NCBI GenBank assembly: GCA_963801815.1
Contig: CAWDGJ010000007.1
Span: forward strand, 1-64,000
DNA from: an uncultured Verrucomicrobiae bacterium
Lineage (GTDB): Bacteria > Verrucomicrobiota > Verrucomicrobiia > Chthoniobacterales > UBA10450
Length of the DNA stretch: 64,000 nucleotides
Direction of reading: 5' to 3'
The notes below the pieces were generated by a model that worked only from the letters and a program-made list of their open reading frames with translations, searched no databases and had not been told where the DNA came from. The translations under genes were made by a program, and so were the position numbers. Positions 20,501 through 31,004 of this stretch are shown in pieces (the first letter of the stretch is position 1; every line of letters begins with the position of its first letter).

Positions 20501-20729
20501 GCCGTCGCTGTTCGTTTTGGAATCGGCCACACGATTGTTCAACGAAATTCAAGGCGCGGATGCCGCCCCGACTGCCGCGGTAAAAGCTGCGATCGCCGAC
20601 GTTCAGACCAAAGTCGGACCGATGATGGATGCCTGGCACAAACTAAACGACGTCGATGTTCCGGCGTTGAATCAACAGCTCAAGCAAGCTGGCTTTGAAG
20701 AGATCAAACTAACGCCGCCGGGACGCTGA
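17535..20729 (+). CDS. Secreted BNR/Asp-box (VPS10/sortilin-like) beta-propeller glycosyl hydrolase-like protein
   Basis: Many S/TxDGGxTW repeats; WRNVGPYRGGR N-terminus; signal peptide ending AGARA. Confidence 0.9.
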   Translation: MPSKTLAGETPATTEDVNAAHRAAATTRAIIFVLLAVCAGARAGELDSIHSTSEVLRWRNVGPYRGGRTRAICGVPAQPNVFYMAPVNGGVFKSDDYGRTWQPIFDDQPTASVGAIAVSISNPNVVYVGSGEGLHRPDLSVGDGIYKSTDAGKTWTHLGLRDGQQIPQLAVDPKNPDRVFVAVGGHPYGPNQERGVYRSIDGGRSFEKVLYRDENVGASDVQIDPGNPQVVYAALWESREGPWENGAFNGEGGGIFKSTDGGHTWRQLSKGLPPGVVQANIAIAPSKPSTLFAAVRTKTIAKLYRSDDGGETWRGTTDDPRPGLGIGGGDLPVVRFDPRNPQIVYSASVVCWRSADGGKTWAGWRGAPGGDDYQNIWINPTNPDIILLGSDQGAIVTVNGGKTWSSWYNQSTAQLYHVSADNTFPYRLYSGQQESGSVGIKSRGDTGEITFRDWQPVAAEEYGYVVADPLDPNIVIGGKLTRFDYRTGQAQDILPVPIQTEDFRTLRTEPVIFSPLDPHLLFFAGNTLWATRDRGDHWEKMSPDLSREKYELPACIGKYREDATKQARRRGVIYTVAPSPLDANRIWAGTDDGLIQLTTDGGKTWNDVTPSKISAWQKISLIEAGHFDANTAYAALNTLRIDDLRPHILATHDGGKTWTEIVNGIPPGQIVNAVREDPMRKGLLFAGTEKGVYASFDDGANWESLRVNMPASSVRDVIIKDDDLVAATHGRGFWILDNITPLRQLDRTKTDNVLFKPQTALRIRFSLNPDTPLPPDEPAGENPPDGAMIDYSLANDAVGPVTIEIKDSKGATVRKYSSADVLKEPDPLKLRIPSYWIRPLQSVSAKAGMHRFSWDMHYTPVPDVEPEFPIAANYRNTAPNATAPWVTPGNYTAVLTVDGKSVSQPLTVQMDPRIKASAADLQEQFDLSWQLYQLRLKLAPIGKKFEDITEQLMKFKAQAAERPDVTQKLEAFAQTLAKFGPPHLRPGAPPSLFVLESATRLFNEIQGADAAPTAAVKAAIADVQTKVGPMMDAWHKLNDVDVPALNQQLKQAGFEEIKLTPPGR

Positions 20730-20757
20730 CCGCCGGCTCTAGCGGCTGATATCGATC

Positions 20758-21036
20758 CTATCTCGCCCCAAGACGATGATCGGCGTTGGCTTCATCCTGC
20801 AGGGCGCGATGCACCGCAGCGACCGATTCATCCGAGCCAGTCTGCGAGTACATCTCCAACAACCGCGCCAGGCGAGCCTCGTAAAGATCGCACATCGGAC
20901 TTTCGCCATTCGGCCCGATCCATTCAGGATGTTGGGCGCGGAGATCGTCGTGAATTTGAAGCTGAAGCGAACTGAACGAGTCAGCCGGGCCAGAGCCGAC
21001 AATTTGCCGAGTCAGGGATACACTCGCGCCAATCAC
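20758..21036 (-). CDS. Small hypothetical protein
   Basis: LQLQIHDDLRAQHPEW..PNGESPMCD.YEARL protein-like pattern; start uncertain. Confidence 0.55.
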   Translation of the reverse strand: MIGASVSLTRQIVGSGPADSFSSLQLQIHDDLRAQHPEWIGPNGESPMCDLYEARLARLLEMYSQTGSDESVAAVHRALQDEANADHRLGAR

Positions 21037-21334
21037 AGCGAATTGGACAACCGACGTCGAAAAATTGTTCAGATTGATTTATTAAAACTTCGCGCCGAAC
21101 ATGGCGGGCGAAGTAAGATTGACCGGCTAAAGACAATTCTATGGGACACAATCGCGGCAGAGATAACATGCGAAAACGCGCAGCAAGGCGCAGGAAAACG
21201 GAGCGGCTGGCCGCAAAGAAGCCCAAGCAGAAATCAGCCAAGTAGCGAGGCCTTTCGCAACATTTGGCCAGCCACGTAGCTAACGGACGCCGGCAATCGG
21301 CGATTCGATTGCAAGCGTGCTACAATCCCGCAGC

Positions 21335-21754
21335 ATGGAGATTCAAACGCGGGAGTTTCGTATCGAAGACTACGATGCGGCAGTCGAACTGTGGCGGCGC
21401 CTGGAAGGCCTCGACGTTGCAGAAGGCGACGATCGGGAGACGATTCGCGGATTTCTGGGCCGAAATCCTGGATTAAGTCGCGTCGCGACTGATGAATCGA
21501 AAATCATCGGAGCCGTACTGTGCGGTCATGACGGACGACGCGGATACATTTATCACCTGGCGGTGGATCCTGCGTATCAGGGTCGCGGCCTTGCCCGGCG
21601 TTTGATTGACAAATGTGTCGCCGGTTTAAAGCGCGCCGGCCTGCAGCGCGCGAACATTTTAGTGGCAAAAGATAACCCGCGCGGCTTGGAATTTTGGCGG
21701 AGTTGCGGCTGGGAAGATCTCGAGGGTGCGGCCCCGATGGGTAGAGACGTGTAA
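21335..21754 (+). CDS. GNAT acetyltransferase (YpeA-like)
   Basis: GHDGRRGYIYHLAVDPAYQGRG. Confidence 0.92.
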   Translation: MEIQTREFRIEDYDAAVELWRRLEGLDVAEGDDRETIRGFLGRNPGLSRVATDESKIIGAVLCGHDGRRGYIYHLAVDPAYQGRGLARRLIDKCVAGLKRAGLQRANILVAKDNPRGLEFWRSCGWEDLEGAAPMGRDV

Positions 21755-21819
21755 AAGTAAGAATTAGGAAGTAGAAAGTAGAAAACCCGCACAGTAAGGT
21801 CTTCCCCTCACTTTCAACA

Positions 21820-22971
21820 ATGATTCCCAAAACTGCGATTACCTTCTTCGCATGCGCGCTGCTCGCCGGAATCAGCGTGGCCTTTGCCGCGACTGGCGAG
21901 TATCAAAAAACACGCGACGGCAAGACGGCGGTGTGGAACGCAAGTCCCAAACCCGGTGAGTCAGTCGCGTGGGCGGGCTCGCGCGATAAGGAAGGTTACG
22001 CGACAGGCTTTGGAACGATCACGTGGTACAGCGCGTCCGGGACCGAACAGGCGGTTTACTACGGCAACATGGTTAACGGCAAACTTGAGGGCCCGGTGAA
22101 TATGCACATGGGCCGCCGAACAGCGCATGCCTACTTTGCCGATGGTAGCCGTGCCACGGCCTGGGCCCGGGGGCCAGCTCCTTCGAAGATGAATGTGCCG
22201 GATGAATTGGTTACCAAGCGTCGTAAAGCGGAAAGTGAGCAACCGAAACCCAGCGAAGAACGAGCTGAAGCAAGGAAAGAAGCGACGGTAAAACGGGCGC
22301 AACCTTCCGAGACCGTTCGGCCGGTTGAAAAACCGCAAAAGCCGGTCCTCGCGGAGACGAAGCCGAAGGAAACTCCCGCGCCGGCGCCAGCCGCGGAAAA
22401 TATCGAAGTTCCAACGCCGGAACCGTCGCTCGCGCCAACGAATCCGCCGGCGATCACGGAAACAACCCCCACTCTTCCTACTCCAGAGCCGACCCAAAGC
22501 GCCTCATCACTCTTCGAAACAACCCCGACTCCGACGGTCGAGGAGACGCCGCCTCCTGCCGACGAGACGCCGCAAGCTTCAACACCAGCGCCTTCCGTCG
22601 AACAGACGCCGGAAACGGTCGAACAAAGCACGCCCGCGGAAACCGCAAGAAAATCGGAAGGCGACGGTTCAATCAATTCTTTGGTCGGACCTCCGTCTTC
22701 TTTGCGCAACGATTCAAAGTCGTCCGGGACGCGCGGAATTGCGCAGCTGAGCGCTGAAGATGTGATCGGTCTGGCGGACACGGAAGCCCGCGATAAAGGT
22801 TACGATTTAAGCGAATACCAGCGACCGAAAGCGGATTACTCTGCCGTGAAAGACAAGTGGTCACTGTTTTACAACTTGAAAGACCCGAAAGCCGCCGGCG
22901 GCGAGCTCCAGCCGTTCAGCGCGATGGTGGAAGACAAGACCAAAAAGGTCGAGATCCGGAAGAATTATTGA
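21820..22971 (+). CDS. Secreted protein: MORN-like N-domain, Pro/Thr/Glu linker, small C-domain (paralog A)
   Basis: Signal peptide; YQKTRDGKTAVWN..W.G.RD.EGYA.G.GT.TW shared with 23828..25198. Confidence 0.8.
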   Translation: MIPKTAITFFACALLAGISVAFAATGEYQKTRDGKTAVWNASPKPGESVAWAGSRDKEGYATGFGTITWYSASGTEQAVYYGNMVNGKLEGPVNMHMGRRTAHAYFADGSRATAWARGPAPSKMNVPDELVTKRRKAESEQPKPSEERAEARKEATVKRAQPSETVRPVEKPQKPVLAETKPKETPAPAPAAENIEVPTPEPSLAPTNPPAITETTPTLPTPEPTQSASSLFETTPTPTVEETPPPADETPQASTPAPSVEQTPETVEQSTPAETARKSEGDGSINSLVGPPSSLRNDSKSSGTRGIAQLSAEDVIGLADTEARDKGYDLSEYQRPKADYSAVKDKWSLFYNLKDPKAAGGELQPFSAMVEDKTKKVEIRKNY

Positions 22972-23021
22972 TGCGGATCCGGATTTGGTGACGGGACTAA
23001 CAATCAGTTTTTCCGTTCGCC

Positions 23022-23744
23022 TCAGCCGGAGTGGGAAAATAGTCTTGGTAAAACGTTTGCCACAAAATCGACGAGGAAATGGCCGATCATGTTCATGACC
23101 AGATCGCGGCGCCAAAGATAGGAAGCCGACAAGACAGCTCCAAGGGCAAGTGCGATCACGATGTTGGCCCAGCCACCCGTCCAATGACCAACCGCGAAAA
23201 CCACCAGCGGAATCGCGGCCGCCCAGAAACGGTTCAAGCCGAACGCTTCCAGTCGTTCGATCGCGTAACCTCGAAAAAATAATTCCTCGGCGAAACCGGC
23301 GCGCACACAAATTAGTGAAAGCAGCCAGACCGGGAGCTTCCCGAATGCCTCCGCGTTTTCGTTGTGACCATAATGAGTGATGGCGGCGAGAAGACCGCCA
23401 ACCAGAAGACAGACAATTGCAAGTGGCAGGCTCCAAAGCACCGACTTCATCGGCGCGGAGTTGCCGATCCCAACGGATCGCAGCGAAAGATGTTCGCCAC
23501 GCCGGATAATCAAAAACAGGAAGATCACGCACAACCACATGAGTGATTCTTTCCACACCGCGCCGATGAACGTGACGGTTGGATAAAAGTACGAGACCGC
23601 TTGACGCGCGATCAACATTCCGAAAAACGCGATGAAAAGCCCGATCCAGGTCGCCGTCTTACTGCTCGAGGCTTGGTGGTTGCCGACCACGGGTAAATCA
23701 CTCATTTCGTGGCTAGAATGCTGGCGCGCGTCCTGTGGATTCAA
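23022..23744 (-). CDS. CPBP/CAAX (Abi) intramembrane glutamic endopeptidase
   Basis: EELFFRG, FAVGH and GHFLVD motifs; start may be a downstream ATG. Confidence 0.9.
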   Translation of the reverse strand: MNPQDARQHSSHEMSDLPVVGNHQASSSKTATWIGLFIAFFGMLIARQAVSYFYPTVTFIGAVWKESLMWLCVIFLFLIIRRGEHLSLRSVGIGNSAPMKSVLWSLPLAIVCLLVGGLLAAITHYGHNENAEAFGKLPVWLLSLICVRAGFAEELFFRGYAIERLEAFGLNRFWAAAIPLVVFAVGHWTGGWANIVIALALGAVLSASYLWRRDLVMNMIGHFLVDFVANVLPRLFSHSG

Positions 23745-23827
23745 GTCCTATTTGTCGGTCTTGAACCCCTCCCCGGGGAGTTTCCTGTTGTGGGGGGATG
23801 CGCCAATGATTTACAATTAGAATTCTT

Positions 23828-25198
23828 GTGAAAAGGAATCGTTTTGTTGTCTTGGGAACCGGCGCGCTAATCCTTATGCTCGCGAATGGCACGTTTGCGG
23901 CCGGCGCTTATCAGCGGACGGACGATCGGAAGAAAACGGTCGTCTGGAACAACGATCCTCAGTCCGGAGACGCCGCAGAGTGGACCGGCGGTCGCGATTC
24001 CGAAGGTTACGCCGAAGGATCCGGTACTCTGACCTGGTTCCGAACCCACCAAGCATTCGCGACCGGCTCAAACATCGCGGCTACCAAGAAGGTTCCAATC
24101 AGCCATTACACCGGAACGATGGTGCACGGAAGATTCGCGGGCGCGGTGACGACGGTTGATCGCGGAAGAACTTATCACGCGAAATTTGTCGACGGTCAGC
24201 GAAAAGGTAATTGGTCACTCGGACCGGTCGTGGCAAAGGCCACGAGCACTGAATCAACAGCTGCCCCGGAGGAACCTAAGAAGGTTGCCGCTCCGGAGCC
24301 GAAGATTGCAGCGGCGGAAAACCCTTCCGCCGAAGCGAAGGTTTCGGAGAAAACGGAGCCCGAACCTCCAACCGAGGGACCGGATGAGGCGAGTCAAGAG
24401 GTCAACGGTCAGAAGTCAGAGGTCAGTGGATCAGCGTCGGAACCGTCTTCCAATCGCTCAACTCTCAACAAAGGCCAGTCCGGCTCGGACCAACCATCAA
24501 CTCCTCTAATTGCCCAGGCTTCCGAGACGCAAGAATCCGCCACACCTCGACAACAACCGGTCACGAAGAAAGCTGCGCTTGCACCGGGTGCTGTTCGCGC
24601 AATCGAGCAACCAGGCCGGCAAGTTGAGAAGAAAATCGAGAAGCCAAGAGAGGCGGCGCAAAAAGCAAAAAAAGCGGCAAGGACGGAAGAGTCCAAAGCC
24701 GAACCAACAATAGTCGATCGGGAAGTAGAATCTCCAGCGGAAGGACCGATCTCGGGAAGCGCCGAGAAGACCCAAGCTCCAAGTCCCAAATCCCAAGTTC
24801 AAGAACCCCTCTCTCAACCCTCAACTCTCAACTCTCAACCTTCGGGTTCGCCGGTGGACGATTCGATTCGCACGCTAACGGGGCCGCCCTCGTCGCTGCA
24901 CACGAAGCCGGAACCGGTTACCACTCCGGAGCCAGAAACATCCCTTCCGACAGCTCCCGCGACCACTTCATCTTCCGCTGTCCCGAAACTGAATGCGGTA
25001 CAGGCGATGGACATCGCAGACATTGAGGCGCGAACGCGCGGCTTCGATTTGGGCGAGTATCAATTGCCGAAAGCCGAATATAACGCTGCCGACGACACCT
25101 GGTCAGTCTCCTACATGGGTCGCGAGGGAGAAAAAAAGGCGAAACATCTCAGCGTCATTGTCCAAGACAACAGCGGCAAAGCCGAAGTTAAGAAGTAA
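23828..25198 (+). CDS. Secreted protein with the same architecture (paralog B)
   Basis: YQRTDDRKKTVVWN...EGYAEGSGTLTW; GPPSSL; ADIEARTRGFDLGEYQLPKAEY C-domain. Confidence 0.8.
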   Translation: MKRNRFVVLGTGALILMLANGTFAAGAYQRTDDRKKTVVWNNDPQSGDAAEWTGGRDSEGYAEGSGTLTWFRTHQAFATGSNIAATKKVPISHYTGTMVHGRFAGAVTTVDRGRTYHAKFVDGQRKGNWSLGPVVAKATSTESTAAPEEPKKVAAPEPKIAAAENPSAEAKVSEKTEPEPPTEGPDEASQEVNGQKSEVSGSASEPSSNRSTLNKGQSGSDQPSTPLIAQASETQESATPRQQPVTKKAALAPGAVRAIEQPGRQVEKKIEKPREAAQKAKKAARTEESKAEPTIVDREVESPAEGPISGSAEKTQAPSPKSQVQEPLSQPSTLNSQPSGSPVDDSIRTLTGPPSSLHTKPEPVTTPEPETSLPTAPATTSSSAVPKLNAVQAMDIADIEARTRGFDLGEYQLPKAEYNAADDTWSVSYMGREGEKKAKHLSVIVQDNSGKAEVKK

Positions 25199-25295
25199 GG
25201 GCAACCGCAGAGGTCCGCCATCGCTGAAGCTATGGCGTAGCAAGCAAGAATCGGGTGGACGCATCGTGCTGCGATGTAGATTCGTTGGTAAGCCG

Positions 25296-26117
25296 ATGAA
25301 TTCGTTCAAAGAACGCGATTACGTCCTTGGCACCCATGAAACCGAGCTCGAGCGGCTCGGCGTGCAACATCGCGCCTGGCGACCGGTCGTCTTAGATTGC
25401 TGGACACAAGCCGGCATTACTGCCGGGAGCAAGGTGCTCGATGTCGGCGCCGGCCCTGGCTACGCGACTGTCGATCTTGCCGAACTCGTCGGCCCGAGCG
25501 GAAGAGTCGTGGCGGTGGAGCGTTCGACCAATTTCGTTAATGCGATCAAGAACGCGATTCGAGAGCGCGAGCTTGCAAACGTCGAAGTGCATGAGCTCGA
25601 TGTTATGAACGACGATTTGCCCGGTGGGCCGTTCGATTTCAGCTGGTGTCGCTGGGTTCTTTGCTTTGTTTCCGATCCCAACTTGCTGGTGAAGAAAATC
25701 GGCGGCGCGCTGCGAACAGGTGGACGCGCCATTTTTCACGAATACGGCCATTACACGACCTGGCAATTTCTCCCACGTCGCGCGAGCTTGGAAGCGTTTC
25801 GCAACCACGTTGTCGCTACCTGGCGCGAATCCGGAGGCGAGCCGGACACGGGGCTGCAATTACCGTCGTGGTTAAAGAGCAACGGATTCGAGATCTACTC
25901 AATTGTGTCGCGTATCTATTGCCTTCGCCCGACCGACTACATGTGGCGCTGGCCGTCCGAATTCATTCAGGTTCACCTGTTGCGCTTGCTGGAGCTGGGA
26001 AAAATCGACACCGCGTTTGCGGATCAAGTTCGGGCCGACCTCGCGGCAGCCGAGAAAGAGGACGCTTCCTTCGTGCTGACGCCGCTCGTGCTTGAGATTG
26101 TGGCTGAAAAAGTGTAG
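25296..26117 (+). CDS. Class I SAM-dependent methyltransferase
   Basis: YVLG....ELERL; VLDVGAGPG; likely ATG at 25296. Confidence 0.9.
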   Translation: MNSFKERDYVLGTHETELERLGVQHRAWRPVVLDCWTQAGITAGSKVLDVGAGPGYATVDLAELVGPSGRVVAVERSTNFVNAIKNAIRERELANVEVHELDVMNDDLPGGPFDFSWCRWVLCFVSDPNLLVKKIGGALRTGGRAIFHEYGHYTTWQFLPRRASLEAFRNHVVATWRESGGEPDTGLQLPSWLKSNGFEIYSIVSRIYCLRPTDYMWRWPSEFIQVHLLRLLELGKIDTAFADQVRADLAAAEKEDASFVLTPLVLEIVAEKV

Positions 26118-26144
26118 CCACCCCTTCGCGGCCTCAACAATCCA

Positions 26145-27524
26145 ATGAAGGACCTGACCCAGGGATCAGTTACCAAACATATGCTGCACATGTCGGCATT
26201 CATGGCTGTGAGCATGGTTGTGCAGACGCTTTACCTGCTGGCCGATCTCTTTTGGGTTGGCCATCTCGGCAAGGAAGCGATCGCCGCGGTCGGCGTCGCC
26301 GGGAACCTCAACATGATTATCCTGGCGGTCACGCAAATGCTCGCCGTCGGGACCACCGCATTAATCGCCCAAGCAGCTGGACGAAAAGATCAGGCACATG
26401 CCGAGCTCGTGTTCAACCAGTCGTGCGTGATGTCGATCTGGATCGCGGCTGCGCTGGGCGTTGTCGGCTTTTTGTCGATAAATGGTTACGCCAATTCTGT
26501 GAGCGCCGATGCACGAACCGCCCAGCTGGCGAAAGCGTACCTCTACTGGTTTCTCCCGGGGCTGTTGCTGCAATTCCCGCTTACGTCGATGGGTTCGGCG
26601 TTGCGTGCGACTGGAATCGTTCAAGCGCCAGTCGTCTTTTCAGTGCTCAGTGTTGTCCTCAACATGGTGCTCGCGCCGTTTCTAATTTTTGGAATCGGTC
26701 CGTGGCCAACACTCGGCGTGACCGGCGCGGCGCTGGCCACATTCATTTCCATTCTTTTTGCCAATGTGCTGGTCTTTTGGTACTTCGAAAAAAGGTATCA
26801 TTACTTGCGCATCCGGTTCTCGGAGTGGCGCGCTCAATTCAAGATTTGGGCGGCAATGTTGCGGATCGGCGTGCCAGCCGGCGCGGAGTTTGTGCTTCTC
26901 TTCGTCTACATCGTGGTCGTTTACGTGATCATTCGAAACTTCGGTCCGGCGGCGCAAGCCGGATTCGGCGTCGGGGCGCGGGTGATGCAGGCGTTATTTT
27001 TGCCGGTGGTAGCGCTGAGTTTTGCGGCCTCGCCCGTGGTTGGCCAAAACTTTGGCGGCCGCAAGGCAGATCGCGTCCGGCACGCAGTGAAGTCAGGGCT
27101 TGGGCTCGCGGTGGTGCTAATGCTCGTACTCGCTGTGATTACCGAGATTGCGCCGAGCACAATGATTCGCTGTTTTTCGAAAGATCCAGCCGTGATTCAA
27201 TTTGGAAGCGATTACCTTCGCATTGTAGCGTTCAATTTCATCGCCGCGGGAGTCGTTTTCACCAGCTCCAGCATGTTCCAGGGACTCGGCAATACCATTC
27301 CGCCTCTGCTCAGCTCGGCGTCGCGTCTCCTGCTTTTCGCCCTGCCCGCGCTGGTCCTGTCGTATCAGCCGGGCTTCAACATCAAGATTGTCTGGTACCT
27401 GTCGGTCGGGTCGCAGCTGCTTCAGGCGTGCATCAACCTCATATTGTTGCACCGTGAGCTGCACAAGAAACTGAAATTCGACGACGGCGCCGACTTCGTC
27501 CCGGCCAGCGCCACCGCGTCGTAA
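26145..27524 (+). CDS. MATE family efflux transporter
   Basis: DLTQGS, DLFWVGHLG, GVTGAALAT and VGQNFG; about 12 TM segments. Confidence 0.93.
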   Translation: MKDLTQGSVTKHMLHMSAFMAVSMVVQTLYLLADLFWVGHLGKEAIAAVGVAGNLNMIILAVTQMLAVGTTALIAQAAGRKDQAHAELVFNQSCVMSIWIAAALGVVGFLSINGYANSVSADARTAQLAKAYLYWFLPGLLLQFPLTSMGSALRATGIVQAPVVFSVLSVVLNMVLAPFLIFGIGPWPTLGVTGAALATFISILFANVLVFWYFEKRYHYLRIRFSEWRAQFKIWAAMLRIGVPAGAEFVLLFVYIVVVYVIIRNFGPAAQAGFGVGARVMQALFLPVVALSFAASPVVGQNFGGRKADRVRHAVKSGLGLAVVLMLVLAVITEIAPSTMIRCFSKDPAVIQFGSDYLRIVAFNFIAAGVVFTSSSMFQGLGNTIPPLLSSASRLLLFALPALVLSYQPGFNIKIVWYLSVGSQLLQACINLILLHRELHKKLKFDDGADFVPASATAS

Positions 27525-27591
27525 AATTCCGTTCTTGCATTCGGTTGGTGGCAAAACCAGCTTCCTGGTTTCGCTTCAACTTTTGGAACTT

Positions 27592-30500
27592 ATGCGCACT
27601 CGAATTCTTCTTTTCGCCTTCGCCTTTTCCTCGATGTCGATCCTTGCCGCCTCGGCCCAAAACTCGCCGAACACGACGCGGTTGCTTCGATTTCCGACCA
27701 CCAACGACAAAGACATTGTCTTTTGTTACGCGGGTGAACTTTACACGGTCGGCAAAGACGGCGGCATCGCCCGCCGTCTGACCAGCGGCCCCGGCTACAC
27801 TTCGTTTCCGCGATTTTCCCCCGACGGAAAGCAGGTCGCCTTCACATCGCAGTACGACGGCAACACCGAAGTTTACGTCATGCCGGCCGACGGCGGCACG
27901 CCGAAGCGTCTCACGATCTCGGCAACGCTCGGCCGCGACGACGTTTCGGACCGCATGGGCCCGAACAACATCGTGATGACGTGGGAAAACACGAAGCCGC
28001 TGATCGTGTTCCGTTCGCGCATGAAATCGTTCAACGATTTCATCGGCTCGCTCTTTACCGTCGGCATGGACGCGGAGTTGCCGCAGCAACTGCCGGTGCC
28101 GCGCGGCGGATTCGCGTCGTTTTCGCCGGACGACTCGAAGATGGCCTACAACCGCGTGTTCCGCGAGTTCCGCGACCTGGAAACATTATCGCGGCGGCAT
28201 GGCCGACGATATTTGGATTTACGATTTCAAAACCGGCGCCACCGAAAACCTGACCAACAATCCGGCGCAGGACATCTGCCCGATGTGGGGCCCGGACAAT
28301 AAGATCTATTTCCTCTCCGACCGCGACGGCCGCATGAATCTTTTCTCGACTGATCTCGGCACGAAAGAAACGAGACAGCTCACCACCTTCAAGGATTTCG
28401 ACATCAAGTTTCCGTCGATCGGCAAGCAATCGATCGTCTTTGAGCAGGCCGGCTACATCTGGCGTTACGATTTGAAGACCGGCGAGGCCCGACCGGTGCC
28501 GATCGAGATCAAGGAGGATTTGGCGATCGGACGCACCGCACTGGTCGACGCTTCCAAACATTTGGAGTCGGTGAATCTCGCGCCGGACGGCGAGCGCACG
28601 ATCGTCGTCGCGCGCGGAGATCTCTTCTCAGTGCCGGCGAAAAACGGCACGCCGCGCAATCTGACGAGAACTTCGAACGCGCACGAGCGCGACGCGGTTT
28701 GGTCGCCGGACGGAAAATGGATTGCCTACAACTCCGACGCGACCGGCGAGAACGAGCTTTACGTTCGCTCGCAGGACGGCAAAGGCGAGCCCGTACAGGT
28801 GACCAGCGACGCGGACACTTATTATTACGCGCCAACTGGTCGCCCGACAGCAAGAAGCTGCCCTGGACCGATCGCTTGCAACGATTGCGCTATGTCGATG
28901 TCGCCAGCAAAACCGTGACCCAAGTCGATCAGGACAAAGACGGCGAGATCGAGGTTTTCAATTGGTCGCCCGACAGTCAATGGATCGCCTGGGGGCGACC
29001 CGAAGAAAACGGGATGTCGCGCGTATTCCTTTATTCGCTCGCAACCAAACAGCAGACCGCCGTGACCGACAATTGGTACAACGCTGGCGAACCGACATTC
29101 AGCGATGACGGCAAATATCTGCTGCTAACGTCAGCGCGCGATTTCAAACCGACTTTCGGCGAGGAGGAATTCTCAAACGTTTATCGCGACATGGAGCGCG
29201 TTTATCTCGTCACACTCGCCAAGGATACCGAGAACCCGCTTGAGCCGAAAAGCGACGAGGTCGGAAAAGCGGACCAAAAACGCGAGAAAGAGAAGGAAAA
29301 GGAAGCGGCAGAGAAAAAGCCGGAAGCATCGCCAGCGCCAGCCGAGAAGAAAGGCGCAGAAAAGAAACCAACAGCTACGCCGACACCAGCTCCGAAGAAA
29401 ACCGTTGTGGTGAAGATTGACACCGACGGAATCCAAAACCGTATCGTCGGCTTGGAAATCACGCCTGGAAATTATCGCGACCTTCGGATGCTGGAGGATC
29501 GCGTCTTTTATTTGCGGCGAACCGCAGCGGACGACGTCGGGGAAGACGAGGATGACGACGGCGGCGGCCGCGACCGCAAATCGCATCTTTGCTCTTATAG
29601 CCTTGAAGATCGCAAGGAAACCGTTCTTGGCGATGTGAACGCCTACGAGATCTCGTCCGACGGCAAAAAGATGCTGGTGAAGATCAAAAAGGATTACGCC
29701 ATCATCGACATCCCCAAGGACAAGATCGAGACCAAGGACCACGAGCACAAAATCGCCGGACTCGACATGCAGCTCGATCGTCAGGCCGAGTGGAAACAGA
29801 TCTATTTCGAATGCTGGCGACAGATGCGGGATTTCTTTTTTGCTCCGAACATGAACGGGATCGATTGGAAGGCGATGCGCGACAAATACGCCGCGCTCCT
29901 GCCTTACGTGAATCATCGCAACGATCTCACCTACTTGCTGGAGGAGCTTGTTGGCGAACTGCACAACGGCCACACCTATGTCGGCGGCGGCGAACGGCCT
30001 GACACACCGCGCATCAAGCTCGGTTTGCTCGGCGCGGAGCTGTCGCGCGATCCCGCGAGCAAAGCATACAAGATCGATCGCATCTTGCCCGGCGAAAACT
30101 GGGACAAACACACGCGCTCACCGCTTACGGCGATCGGCGTCAATGTTAAACCGGGCGATTACATTCTCGCTGTCAACGGCACACAGGTCTCGACGCTTGC
30201 GAACATTTACCAGGCGCTCATCGGCACTGCGGACAAGCAGGTAATCTTGCGAGTCAATTCCAAACCGAACGATGTCGGCGCGCGCGACGTGACGGTCGTC
30301 CCCACGGCAGACGAAGCCCCCCTTTACTATATAGATTGGGTCCAGAAGAACATTGATTACGTGAATAAGAAAACCAACGGCGATGTTGGTTATCTCCACA
30401 TTCCGGACATGGGCCAGCCTGGTTTGAATGAGTTCACCAAACTTTACTTTCCACAAATCCGGAAGCACGGGCTGATTGTCGACGTTCGCGGCAACGGCGG

Positions 30501-30999
30501 TGGTTTCGTTTCCCCGCTCGTGGCTGAGCGTTTGCGCCGCGCGTTCTTGATGATTGGAATTGCGCGCAATGGAACACCTCAACCCGATCCGCAACAGGCC
30601 TTCACCGGTCCGATGGTGACATTGATTGACGAATTCTCCGCGTCCGACGGCGATATTTTTCCGTATCGATTCAAAGCGCTCGGACTCGGCAAGCTAATTG
30701 GAAAACGGACCTGGGGCGGCGTGGTTGGAATTCGCCAATCGCTGCCGCTGGCTGACGGCGGTCAGTTTTTCAAACCGGAATTCGCGATTTATTCCAAGGA
30801 CGGCAAGGATTGGATTATCGAGGGGCACGGCGTCGATCCTGACATTGTGGTCGACAACGATCCGGGCAAGGAATTCAAAGGCGAAGATCAACAGCTTGAT
30901 CGCGGGATTCAGGAGCTTCAGGAAGAGCTGAAGACCAAGCGCTACGACTTTCCTTCGCCGCCGCCCTGGCCAAACCGCGCGTTCCAAAACGGAAAGTAA
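27592..30999 (+). CDS. Tricorn protease homolog (S41), split by two frameshifts
   Basis: PD40 repeats, PDZ, GYLHIPDM, SASDGDIF and TWGG; +1 base near 28174 and -1 near 28833. Confidence 0.88.
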
Positions 31000-31004
31000 C
31001 GAAA

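Noticed and set aside
26252..27457. 401-aa alternate-frame ORF within the MATE gene, and similar long shadow ORFs (118..939, 47596..48621, 62589..63629)
   Set aside because: They overlap well-supported genes, show Arg-rich or antisense shadow composition and carry no motifs; such ORFs are expected at this GC content.
28170..28840. Programmed frameshifting in the tricorn gene
   Set aside because: No slippery heptamer at either site; similar indels occur in unrelated genes, which points to sequence error.
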